Both the position numbers and the translations under genes were made by a program. Below are positions 12,901 to 26,350 of a stretch of DNA of 64,000 nucleotides, one piece after another. Location of the stretch: assembly GCF_000150275.1 (NCBI RefSeq), contig NW_002060950.1, positions 2,716,106 to 2,780,105 of the forward strand. Direction: 5' to 3'. Each line of letters begins with the position of its first letter. The stretch's first letter is position 1. Under the pieces are notes generated by a model. That model was not told the DNA's origin and did no database searches. It saw nothing but the letters and a program-made list of their open reading frames with translations. Source of the stretch: Trichoplax adhaerens. Taxonomy: Eukaryota > Animalia > Placozoa.

Positions 12901-15900
12901 AATAAGATAATTTACAACGTTGAAAATCATGGTCATGTTCTTAATGTAAATTGATTAATAACCGTTTAGAAATTGAATAAAGCGGAAGCCGCAACACACA
13001 AGCAGAAAGGAACTGTTCAGTTATTGGAACAGTCAAAGGACAACTTGAACCAAGAGATTAGGGTAAATATCGAATTGTAGCTGTCCAATGTAATAGTTAA
13101 CTATAGTATACGTTTACAGCTACTAAATTATCCAGCCATTTTTTAACAACAACAAAAAGGCCAGTAGAAAATTTAAACTATATAAAACCTTTTGAATTTT
13201 CATTTGTAGAATTATAAAACTGAAGCTCAGAAACAGAGAAAGATCATTCAGGAGCTGGAAAAAGAGCGCGATCGTTATATCAATGAAGCTTCCGATTTAA
13301 CACAAAAAGTTTTACAATTGATGGAAGATATCAAGGTAAGCAATCACGATATGATTTATAGTAGAAATTAGAGACAAATTTTACCAAGTTGTGAAGAAAA
13401 GGATTATCATTTTCATTTAACAACTGAACTCTATAATTGCGATTATTGTAAGCAAAGCCTTTATTGCATTAAATTGTATAGGTGAAAGAAATGCAAATAT
13501 TTGATTATAAGAAGAAAATTGCAGAAGCTGAAACCAAATTGAAACAACAGCAAAATCTTTACGAAGCTGTTCGAAGTGATCGCAACCTGTATAGTAAGAA
13601 TTTGATAGAATCTCAGGTATATTCCATTCCTATTCTGACCTTAATTTAGTAAAATGAAATGACTATTGAATCAATAGCAGAAATAAGATAATTCTATTTT
13701 TGCTGTGTGGAATTAACTACGCAATACTTTCTTAATGATATAATTATCTTTATTAGGATGAAATTGCCGAAATGCGACGTAAACTGAAAATTATGAACCA
13801 CCAAATTGATCAATTGAAAGATGAAATTACCAATAAAGAAGCAGCTTTAGTCAAGGAACATTTAGATTATCAACGTGTTGAAAAGGAAAAAGAAGCACTT
13901 AAAGCTGAATTAAATCGCATGAAGCAACAAGCTCTTGAATCCAAAACTTACATTTCTAAGCAGCAGAATGAGCAAAGAAAATTACTAAAACTGTTAGCTG
14001 AGGCCGATGCAGAACGCTCACGGCAAAAGAAGGAACTCGAACAGGTTTCAATTATTTTCTTTATTTCTACTAGTATAAGCAGACTTTGATCTTTTTATAA
14101 TTGGCTAGAGAAGATTTTATTTGCCAATTAGCATGAATGACTAACCTTGAATAATATATTTAATTGCTAGGTCATTGCTGAGCGTGATATACTTGGAACC
14201 CAGTTAGTAAGAAGAAATGATGAATTAGCGCTATTATACGAGAAAATAAAGATTCAGCAATCAACATTGAGTAAAGGTAATTGACAAAATTAGTCTAGAT
14301 TCGACATAAAATTATACTAAAAATGATCTGGCGTGGATTATGAACGTGAGATAATTAGATTAAATTTATTGATTTTAATCTATTAATTAGGTGAAATCCA
14401 ATATCGCCAACGTGTTGATGATATCCGATTACTCAAAACGGAGACTAAAAAACTCCGCCGTGAGAAAACTATCTTAAAGAAAAGTGTTGCCAACGTTGAT
14501 GAATTAAAGTATGCCTTCAATCTTCACTTTTTTGTGATCATTTTCACATGCTTTTACGTTTTACTTTCCTTGATTGCATTGCATTGAGCCAGTTCTGCTT
14601 ATTTCATCAAAGAGCCTTATTCTATATTCTTAATTCACTTTTAGGCGCGATATTTATCATTTGCAACGCGAATTATTGCGTGAAAGAACACGATGCAAAG
14701 CATTAGAAGAAGAATTAGAGAACCCTATGAATATTCACCGTTGGAGAAAGTTGGAGGTAACAGCGATTTAATTACTATTTTAACTCTTTAAAGCAATAGG
14801 AATCTTTAAACCACTAAAATATCTCTATAACACGCCCTAATAAAACTCTATTAACCCATTCAACGGCTGTTGATTTTTATTAATCAATAGGGTAGCGATC
14901 CTAGCACTTACGAATTAATCCAAAAAGTTCAAACTTTACAAAAACGCCTAATTAAGAAAACGGAAGAGGTAAGATTTGTACAAATTCTTCATAGCCTACG
15001 TAATGTAATCACCATCTCCGAGAGACAAATAGTGCTAGAACAGGTCTTACATTTTATGCTATGTATGCCATTGCAGAATTATGCAATATCTTTTTCAGTA
15101 GATACAAATCCTAAGCATTAAGACGGCTAGAATATATTACCTTACCAAAAGATTTAATTACACATATACCGTATTTAGTACGATAGCTATCATTTGACTT
15201 TTTCCGCAGCGATATTGTTGGAATAATTAGACACCAAGTTAAAATTGTGTGAACTAATGTAAAATAGAAGTCTTTCAAATAGCCAATCAATCTGTATCAC
15301 GTAGGATTGAATAATGTAATCAGAAATTGAATTATTACAGCTTTGCATATGTTGAGTAAATTATGACTTGAAATCTAAAGTTCTTAATAACATAAAAAAG
15401 ATCGATATGCCCAAATCTGATAGAAATAAATATCATTAACGTTAGTTTTAAATTTCTTGCCTTATTTTTTGATCGTGATCATGGTAGGTGGTTGAAAAAG
15501 AATTACTGATTCAAGAGAAAGAAAAGCTTTATGTAGAACTTAAGCAAGTCTTAGCAAGGCAACCAGGTCCAGAAGTTGCTGAGCAACTGTCAATCTACCA
15601 GCAATCACTTAAAGAGAAAACCAAACAACTTAAGGTAAGACTAAGTACTTTTGTGGTAGTTATAGTATGAATAAATCCATAAACTAAGATGTTCTATCCA
15701 TAGCATTTGAAAATAGATTAATTATAATTTTCAATCCAAGAGTAAACTAACAATTCTTGAAGTAAATCTTTAACCCGTTGATCTAATTGATTTATTATCG
15801 ATGTATATTATTAGTCATTATCATCGGAATTGAATATGTACGAATCGCAAGTTAGCGAATATAAATACGAGGCCGAAAGATTAGCCAGAGAATTGCAAGA

Positions 15901-16334
15901 TGTTAAAAAGAAATATTTCATACAAAAACGGAAAGAGCAACAGCAAAAGTGAGCCGATTATTAGATGCTAGACGTCCTGATTATGCAGAATGTTGAAATA
16001 AGATTTTGTTTACTGCTATATAGCAGATGATACGATAAACCATCATTTTAATTGAGATATACCTTATCATGTAAATTTTACATATCGGATCATTTATTAT
16101 CTTACTATATGGATATTGAAAGCTTTTTACAATCTATATCTTAAACACTAGATTAGTCATAGAATTAAGTTTAAAAATTTTTTTCGTTTTTATAATTTTA
16201 TTTGTTATAGGGAAAAGGATCGCATTATTGCACAAGCTGGCTTACCAGAATTTCAACCACATCATCGATCTGATGCTAAATTCGCCGGTGGTGGTTTCAG
16301 TTTAACCTCTACTGCGGCAAAAGTAGCTTCATAA
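9914..16334 (+). CDS. CFAP58: Cilia- and flagella-associated protein 58 (CCDC147), long coiled coil, multi-exon
   Basis: Micro first exon MSSVD (9914-9928), then EDSAFEALERDFQE / VLGELMGDTSLDKFRNEYEKVHKALKKSHENERRLM, LYEAVRSDRNLYSKNLIESQ, RDILGTQLVRRNDELALLYEK, LENPMNIHRWRKLEGSDP, LARQPGPEVAEQL and a C-terminal FAGGGFSL. TAA at 16332-16334. Confidence 0.93.
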
Positions 16335-19300
16335 TATCCTATTTTCTTGCTGATTGCATAATGAATGAAATTACCACGCTAACAAAATGTAGACAAATCG
16401 ATTTTTTAATTCATTTCGTCTATATTCTAAAATATTGTAAGTATGTTACTGGTCTACTATTCATTTTTTATCTTTCTCATCAGTTAATGCTAAGCAATTT
16501 AAACCCAAGGGTGAAAGAGTAGGTGGTAGTATTATTGTAATAAATTTCGATCTTACGCTGTATAAAAATGATGATAAAAGCAATTTTATATTTAGAGTAC
16601 TAAATTGAATATTGTTATTTGCTAAATTTCAAATTTATTCCTTGATAAGCTTATATAAGTAGTACACCATTAAAAATTAAATTATTAATCATCATTTAAG
16701 TAATAAACGTCAACTTATCAACATCAGATCAGCTAAATATTACTTTTTGAGTTGATATTTTATTAGCACGACAATACTATGTGAATTCAATGCTATTAAG
16801 GATCTGCAGATTATCTTAGCATTCACGTATTTAATTATTATTTTCAAAGTTGATCATGATTTTATCCTAATCGATAGTGTGCAGTAGTGTATATATGGAG
16901 GTTGGATTGTGATCCTGGCATATCATTAAATATAGGCATTCTAGTTTATTCCTAAACATAAATCCTGTCGTATCTACAATCTGCCACACTAGATACAAAT
17001 ATAGCTTGTCATGTTTAGTCATTTACAATACTTACAGAGTTGACGATTTCTTACAATCATTTGCTCTTATGTAGACGTAATAGCATGGGTCGTATTGGAT
17101 TCTAAATCTTACTCTGTATGTGCATGCATTCCGTCTTCAAAGCTATAGATACTGTTGATTTCTGCTCAAACTTTATTAGCTATAATAGCTGCAGTGTTGG
17201 AACATCTATAGACTTGTCATTAGTGGGAGAAAGTTTTGGTTGAGTAGTCCCTGGTATATCTCCCGTATTTACAACTGCGTACATGCCACTTTACAATAAC
17301 TACCTCATTCTTATACGAATTTTAATCCACAATAAAGTATCCATTTTTTCATGCACTTCTCTAAAATGGCGGTTAAGACATAATCAACTTTTGTCGATTT
17401 ATCGAATTCTCTATCAAAGAAAAACTAAACGAAAAATTTTACTGTGTACCAATAGAGTGTCTGCTCATTACTTACTAAGCTGATAGCTACTGATGAGGTT
17501 ATACGAGAAGCCAATATAATGATAAAACTAGATGATGCTTTCCTACTTTATAGAACTAAGTATTTAAAAATGAAGATAGGGCAATCATAACTATAGATGC
17601 TGGTATGAATAATACATGGCGGCCTTTCGTTTGAATAATATTAAAAGTTATTTGTCTGTTTGTAATCAATGATGCTTTCTTTTTGGTTACTCAATGCTAC
17701 AGAATAACTTACAGGTAGTAGAGAGAATAATTAAAGAATAATAATTTCCTTAAGGGCAATGTTGTCCTATGAAATCACGATAAAATAAATGAGACAACAA
17801 TTTCTTGTGATCTTATATTTCATGGTGATTAAATTTCTATATTTTATTTACAATTCTATATCATTTCAATTGTCGAGTTGTTCTTAATTATAAGTTTGAT
17901 ATAAGATATAATAATATTAATAAGTTGATGAAATTGTACTGTGATATCAGCTGAGTCATCATGGAGAGAATCTAATAGTTGGGAAAATGCCATTGAAGAC
18001 GATGATTTGAAAAATTATTTTAGCTCCATTTAAGTTATTTATATCAGTTAGATTACTGTTAACAAAGCGTAATAGTGAAGAGTGCCTAACGCCCAAAATT
18101 GGAAGCCTCAATTACGGTCGTTGCCCTACAGTATATAAATACATTCATGCCAACTCGTAATGATCGCTTTCATACAGATCGTTAGTTAATTTTAGGATTG
18201 CCGTTTAATAAATCCTCTAGTATGTTAATGTATAGCGTCATTTTAAATTAAAATTAACATTTATTTATGATCAATGATATTACGGCTTCATGGAGAGGGC
18301 GGTGGAACTAGGCGATGTCTAATATATTTGACGATTCCTAGATTCTTCAACTCTATGTATATAAAAATATTTTGCAGACTTACGATGAAATTTGCTATTA
18401 TTAAATCCTGACTGTGTCATTTTGACAACGGCATTGAAATAATGATTTGAAAAATAGAATGGAATATAGGATGTAGCTGCCATTCCTACGTTGGCGACAA
18501 GAGAGACTTACAAATTATAGAACTTAAACAAAAGACTAAACCAGGCGCAACCTTTATTCAAAATATCCTATCTGATACGTAATTTTTTTCGGCCATTAGC
18601 AATAAAATAAGACTGAAACTCAATTTTTTAATATAAAAAGGCAAAGTAATTAACATATTTACTATGCTCCTTATTCTAATACTAAAAATCCTAATAATTA
18701 TGATTAAGTTACTTTAGCCAATTACTGAAAGTTGTGTTATGAGAGTAGAGTTAATGCACTCTTGCTAGACTATGCCAACTCTTGTATCCTTGCCACTTAT
18801 GAAAATACTTTCAAAGTTTGCTCATCATTCTCTAATACAGTACTGAAGCCACTATCCTTAGATGTATACTTAATCCATTAGCCTATTGCTTGAATTGACA
18901 TGGTATTTACATACCAGCGTTATTGAAAATGAATTGGTAATCTTAGTTGGCAGCCAATTTGAGCAGATTATAATTATTGATCAGTATTTAGGTGGCTATT
19001 TCAATTTAAGATATGTATAAAATTAGTGATAGAAACAACTCGATAACATATAAATTGCTCCATCAAAGGAAATATAAAATAATAATTCTTGATACCAAAT
19101 GTAGATCAAACTAAAACTGCTAAATGAAAACCTGTTTTGCTAAAATGTTGAAAACTAGCCATAGTATTTACTGATTCTGATCTAGAATTACGTAAAGATT
19201 GTCTTTAATGTGTAGAAGATTAATAATAATCATCATAATAAAAGGTTATTTTATGTTAACAATAACAACATGCCATTATGTAGGAGTTCTAGTATAAGAA

Positions 19301-22300
19301 TGAAATTATATGCCGTATCTTAAGGTCCATTATTATAGTCAATTCTGTAATTTTAATGTCATTATCTGCTCAAATCACTTCCAACATCTGTTAAAATTGC
19401 CAACTATTGTGATTATACTTTCTATAGATAACTTGCCTGCCAATTATTTAAAATGTTGATCATGATGTTATTGATCATTGCAATGTTGGCATGGTTCTTG
19501 TTGTGGCTGTAATTGTGAAGATTATTTATTTTTACAGTTGAAAGAGTTTATTAAATGTAGTTATGATTATTAGAAAATGGCGCATTCATAATAATATGCG
19601 ATCAATTATAGACCTTAATTATATCTCCAAATTACGTAGAGGTGGTAGATTAGATCATCATTAATTTATTTGATGGTTTAAACTGTGCTGTCGATCAAGA
19701 GCCGCCACCGTATGGAAAAATTGCTTAATGATATAGATTGATGGTTGGATATGTATTGAATTAAGCTATTAATAGATTGTTTTGACTTGTTATTTTTCAA
19801 TGCTAGATCTGTATGCGTATATTCTTTCAATTCTAGACTGATCCCACAAGATTGAATTATAATGAATACTGTGAAATAAACCAATTAATAAATTGTATTT
19901 CTTTCCTTCTTTCATCATGATTGGATGTGTCTACATGCATTATCCAATTCTGCATTCAGTAGCACTAGATCGAGCAAAAACAGAATAGGATTGGAAGGGA
20001 TTGAATTGAAGCTTATTTGTAAAAGCAGTTTTTCCTTCTTTACTTAACTAAGGCAAAAACTCATTTATTGATACGGTTAAATATCAGACACATTTGCATT
20101 CGGTATAAAATTATCCAAGCTATTTATAACAAGCATTGATTTTGTTATGCATCACTGGCCATAGCTACGTCGCTTTTTACTGTATTATTAGTTTAGTATT
20201 GCTATGCTTTTTGTATGTATATATAATTGAATCCTAACTGTTAGTAAAGTGTTTGGTAGCGAAGAATACAAAACGGTTGTCAAAATCGACCTAATAGAAC
20301 ATTATTTTCAATGAAGTTATGGATAGCATTGAACTATTTAAATTTCTTTTACATAAGTTGCTTTAGCAGTAGACGTAGTGTAACATTGAAGTCAGAAAAT
20401 AGCCAAAAATAACATGTAATCAACCGTATTGTATCTAGTTGCATTAAAATAGAATTGAACTAATAAACTAATCAATGGATTCCTAGTTGTAATAGCATTG
20501 AATGATCACTCGATAACAAGACGCTGAATCAGATAGTAAAATAAGAAAGTTGTCCTAATTATAGAAACAGAGATGACAGCTTGGCGATCATTTTCGATGT
20601 TGGATAAGGAAGTATTTGTACTTTGTCAGGTGGTTGATTGATTATCATTACTGACGTCTTTTAACCTGCCATTAGCTAATCATTATTCATCGATCGTAAA
20701 AAAAACTGTCAACAAGCAAGGAATATTTCAGTTGTAAATCGTATAGCTAATTTTAACACTTTAATTTCATTCTAAATAATTATTGACATTAATGGAGTTA
20801 CTATTGTATTGTCAGGTTTACGTCGGCTACACATAATCAATCAAATTAGCCACGTGAACATAAGAGGATTGACAAGGCTGGCCATCATTAGCGGCCAACA
20901 TTTTTTGAAGAATATTGACATTGAATTGATAATGATGCCGCGATTGGACTATTGTTCAACAGAAGGTAGTCCAAGGATAAAAATAGTTTGATCGTATAGC
21001 GTTGGAGAGATTATCAGATTGAAATTGACATTGCTATCCCTCCGCTATAAATAACTATTATGATGGTCTTAAGAATGGATGCGTTGCATGCATATCAATG
21101 AACGATTGTATCGTCATAATTATGAATGGAATATCCCTCTATTTTAATATCAAAGGGTGGAAAAAGTTGAAGGTTAACTACCGATTTGGATCCATCACTA
21201 GTAAAAAGTAAATAATTCATTTCAAAGACATTGACTAGGGTAGGCATTTGTATGAAGTGGGCTGACGATGAAGAAGTTCAATGAATTCTCGCGCTTTATT
21301 ATTATCATTTATCAAGGAGTTTTTTTTTTCCATTTTTAGACCTCATTATCCATGCTAACTACCCATTTCAGTCTTCATGGATGCTATTGCCAAATAAAGA
21401 ATTTTACTTTAACTACAGTATCCTCTTAACTCAATCATTCAAGTCATCAATTAAATTAGAATGATTATCATGTGATAGCATTATTGTTATTATTATGCAA
21501 TGAATAAAAGTTATCTACATCAAGAATTCAAATCACTGCTGACAGGTCTCATACGTCTTTTCTCCTTGAATACTTGATTGAGCTAGCTAAAATAGGATGA
21601 TATAGAGCTACCGTCATGTATAATTAATTTTGCCAAGTTTAGTCTATTGTATGGGCATAAAGATTGAAACCATTTCAGTTATTGAATTATTCTGCCAGTT
21701 CCATTTCCATATTTTTTTTTTTTTCACTCGTCCATTCAAGACGTAAACTGTTTCAACAGGAGTCCCATTTCAATAAAGTGCAATGGAAAAAAAATGATTT
21801 TGTCTTTGTCTCTTGGATTTATTGGTTGTATTGATGGGTACTGTCGACAAATCGACCATAACCCAAAATCAAGAAATACAGTAGATGGAGTAAATTTGTA
21901 AGAATTTCCATTGCTGCAATTGCATGATTATATCACTGCGTGCATTCCAGCCATTTCAAGAATGGCTTTAGTTTGGTTAATACGTTTTACTCCTTAATCA
22001 ATATGGGTCCCTTTTATGACATGTTAGAGTCTTAATAAAATTGTTAAAGTCCCCCATTTTTTTTTTCCACACTCTGTAATCAATAGCAATTCAATATTGG
22101 AGCGACGGTCTTTATATTTAATCTCAGAACTGAACTGTTCTCCAACTGGACAATACACAACAGAATCAATAGCTTAGAGAAAATCACACGGTACATTGTA
22201 TTATTTGTTACAAGGTGTCTTTTTTTTTATCTTTCATGCAAATTACTACCGCCAAGAAATGGCTTCAAAATGCAATCTGCATATTGTCTATGATAGTGGC

Positions 22301-22704
22301 TAGAAAGTGTAAATGAAATTTAAGGAAATGATTCAATCAGTTTATTTTGGGCCGCCATTTGCAATGAATGAATTGAGCGTGACGCTTGGGCTAGCGTCAT
22401 CCAGTCATGCAAGACACGGTCGACGTTGCTATTCTCTTGCATACCATCCCGGATGGCAATTCTATCGTTGAAGAAAGGTTACGCTTGTATTGATATTATC
22501 CAGTCCAAAGAACTGATCTAAAATCAATAGTCATTAATTATACATAATTAGGGTATACGTTTATTTACATAATCTCCTGTTAGCATGATCGCTTTCGAAT
22601 GATAAATTGTGGCTAGTGGAAAAGGTATTCTCTCTCTCTCGGTGCTGATTATGTTACTCTAGAGTCGCTCGTGAAGTGCCAACGGGTAGACGAACACATC
22701 AAGC

Positions 22705-23110
22705 TTCTGTGCTGTATAGTGTACAGTACACTGTACAATACAGTACAGTACAGTACAGTACAGTACAGTGTGTATTAATCATACAGTACCGTACTGTGCA
22801 CTGTACAGGGTTAGGGTTAGGGCTGGGGTTGTACTGTACTGTACTGTACAGTTTGACATTTTTACAGCATCTCAGTCGAGTAGAATTTTGTACTGTACAC
22901 TGTACAGTACAGTACAATACATTGCATTTCGCTGTGCGATACTGGACCGTTCCGTGCCGGACTGGACCGTTCCGTGCCGTACTGGACCGATCCGTACTGT
23001 ACTGGACTGTGACAGCAAGTTGCGGAAACACAATCCTTAGTACTGTAGCCAAATCGTGGCCACGGCATACTGTGGCATGTTGAGCACAGTGCACAGTGCA
23101 CAGTCTTCTG
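22705..23110. repeat. Palindromic (CAGTA/TACTG)n low-complexity island with an interstitial telomere-like repeat and 20-bp repeats
   Basis: (CAGTA)n at 22741-22768, AGGGTTAGGGTTAGGG at 22807-22822, (TACTG)n after it, and ACTGGACCGTTCCGTGCCG repeated about three times at 22941-23006. Confidence 0.85.
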
Positions 23111-24912
23111 TACCAATTCAACCAATCCACTATTTATTTTGGCTGACGTTTTCCCTTAAAAAACACCGCGTTGATCAATTATCGCTTTACATACAAAGAC
23201 AACGGTAACGAATAATCGCAGTTGCTACCAATATCAATAAGCGTACTGGCGAGCAAATTTCACGTTTCAAAGGCAAAGGCATCAAGAACTGAATTCGAGC
23301 CGCTGAAAGTCCGATAAGGTAAAGTAATGTAATAAAAAGAAACTTTAATGGTTTCGTTAAAGAAGCAATGATTAAAATAACATTGGAATGTGGCGTTGTT
23401 ATTTTTCCCAGCAAGTGTAGTTTACCTTGGCCACAAGGTTCCCCCATTCAACATTCGATGCTAGTACTGGACGTTCGTCGTCTTTCGACGCTGTCCAATG
23501 ACACTGTTATCCTATAACACATTACAGTAGACATTAGGCACTGACACGTTCAATTAATGCGAGATGCCAAAAAATTATAATTTTACACAAGATTAATTTT
23601 ATTGTAATAATCGACTTCTTCACTTTTTCTCTTTCTTGATGGGATGATTGTTGAACAGCAAATTTATTCGTCCCGACTTTTGATCGCTAAATTTGCCTAG
23701 ACTGATCATGACTAATCTTGCGTCGTTTCCATGTTTATTCTCGATAACTTGCAGTTTACACCACAGTTGGAAGTTTGCACTGGTTGTGTGAACATTTGTT
23801 GGGTTGGAAAAAATAATGTTACTTATGACAGTAGTGCTGTACATTTTTCTTCATACATGTATTCTTTTAAAAGTTCACTTCTTTATGGCCGTACTGTTTG
23901 TCAGTCTATGCTGGCACTTTTTTTTTTTCTTTTGCGTCTAATGAATCACAAATCGATTACGCCGCAGTGTACACGTACTTGACTGTACACTGTACAGCGT
24001 GTAGAGTAACTAGCACGGTATAGTGTGTGTCATTTTACTAGTTGTTGTTCAAGTCAATGATTGAACGATATTGTACTGCTGTAGTTTAGGATACTGCTAC
24101 TTGTCTATTTGAAAAAGTATGCAAGAATTGTATTCTATTTCAGTGGTGAGTTTACATATTACAGTGAATATGGTATGGTATAAAAGAACATGCTCCCTTA
24201 GTGTGACAACATAACATGATGGTTTTAGAATAACATTTAAAATTCATTTGACAATGGATAACCTACAAACATACTGTACGATGCTACACAATTCAAGTAT
24301 AGTGCCTGAATATCGTACTTATGTTTAGCCGTTTATTTTTGTGCTTGAAAATGGATAAAATATCAGTCGATAAATATTGGAAAATCATGACATTCATCTT
24401 TTTCGGTTTTATTGCGCTTCAGCCATCTTTCTGTACGCTACAGTACAATACCCCCTTTGACAGTGTTGCCTACAGTACATTGTAGGGTGGACTGTGCTCG
24501 CTCAGTATTCACTACTACGGAGATCCAGGCGTTTTCTACGGTACTCTATCTCTACCGTATGCATACGTACTGTACACTGTAGTCTATTATTGTTGTTTTG
24601 GATTACCTCGGTACCCCCCCCAAAAAACAACTAAAAACCCACAGTACTTTACTCTACCCTACAGTACAATATGCGAGCACAGGACTGGAAGCTGTTTCTT
24701 TTTCCACGTCGACCTAGTACCGTACAGGACAGTATAGTAAACTCGGTTTTGTTGTCTCTACGCTAAAACAGTACACTTTCTATAGTACAGTATCGCATGG
24801 CGTCGTGATACCGACAATACCGTACAGTACAGCAGAGTCGAACAGTATGAGTAGGATGTTATTGGTGATTTGGGGAAGAAAAGTCATCCAACTCTGTTTT
24901 CTTGCCTACAGT

Positions 24913-25268
24913 TGTAACCATAATAATTCCAATGAGCAATCTGTATAAAAATTTACTGTTACCATAATAATTCCAATAAGCAATCTGTATAGAATTTACT
25001 GTTACCATAATAATTCGCATGAGCAATCTGTATAAAAGTTCACTGTTACCATAATAATTCCAATAAGCAATCTGTATAAAAATTCACTGTTACCATAATA
25101 ATTCCAATAAGCAATCTGTATAAAAATTCACTGTTACCATAATAATTCGAATAAGCAATCTGTATAAAAATTCACTGTTGCCATAATAATTCCAATAAGC
25201 AATCTGTATCAAAATTCACTGTTGCCATAATAATTCCAATAAGCAATCTGTGTAAAAATTCACTGTTT
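24913..25268. repeat. Minisatellite, 8 x 44-bp unit
   Basis: Unit ctgttaccataataattccaataagcaatctgtataaaaattca. The (a/g)ccataataa anchor occurs at 24917, 24961, 25004, 25048, 25092, 25136, 25180 and 25224. No spacers. Confidence 0.95.
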
Positions 25269-26350
25269 ACAGCATTAGTTGAATTCACTTCTTGAATTGA
25301 ATCCTACAGTACCTTATAAGTACTGTACGTTTGATGAACTGTCAAGGGACTACAGTCGGCTCAGTGTACAGTACAGTACTATGTATCATGTCTAATAGAC
25401 ACCACAGCATTTTTTTCTTTTAATTAAATAATAATAAAATACGCGATTTCGTAAGAATTTACTCATCCTTTAGAGGGCGTTGCCACGTTATGGCTTATGG
25501 CTGCTGTTAGTAGCCAAACTTACTTATTATATTAACGTAATAATAACAACCAACCCACACTTCGTACGCAACTGACGTTTTTCTACTATAGAATAGTACC
25601 TATTTTCGTCATCTCTAACGGACTTTATCCTACCGCTGTAAAACAAACTTTTATAGTATAACCTGATACAATAGTTTTTTGGTAATTCAACATTCTAATA
25701 GTTCATACTCTAATAGCACTAACAAATGACATTATTAATTGTAGTTACTGAAGATATGTACTTATCTCCATTGTACACACAATCATAGGATGCATAGTTC
25801 TTTACTATAATTACTTGTACTCACTTTCACCTGCTACTTTTGACTGGAGATATTCCATGTTAAACAAACCATAAAGCGATGGACTTCCAAGTCTTTTTGA
25901 CTGTTAATATTGGGGTAATGTAAAGGTTACGCAAATACGAACGTATTGAAATTTTAAACTTTTCATTTAAACTATAACAACAAAGAGACGCCCAACGAAT
26001 GAAGTGTAGTTCGTTCAGTCCTTCCGAATGGGCGGATTGCTCTTTGTAGACCACCTAAATTTCAACTGCAAAGGTCCTACATAGGCGACACTGTGTAGCA
26101 CCTTTTATACTTCAATTCCAATGAGTGCTGTTGCTCTAAATTGGATAAATAAACTATAAACAGTTATCTGTCATATACAATTTCATACTCGTACAATGTA
26201 CAAGTTTACCAATTTATTTCACTAATTGTAGTGATTCTGTGTATTTATTGCTAGTTTATGTAATCGTAAAAGATAATAAGTATTTTCTAACATAGATGAT
26301 TACTACATTTAGGCTAGTAATTTCATCGTAAAAGAGAGAAAAGCCTACTC

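Noticed and set aside
18784-18791. GTATCCTT U12-type donor motif (similar words at ~28399 and on the minus strand at ~41605)
   Set aside because: Not at any exon boundary of a reconstructed gene; expected by chance.
22676-23130. Overlapping ORFs on both strands (VQYST/TVLYC-rich)
   Set aside because: These are translations of a pentamer-based palindromic repeat that lacks stop codons. The same applies to 59515-59805 and 60766-61011.
24913-25268. CRISPR-like array
   Set aside because: The units are contiguous with no unique spacers, the context is eukaryotic, and there are no cas genes.
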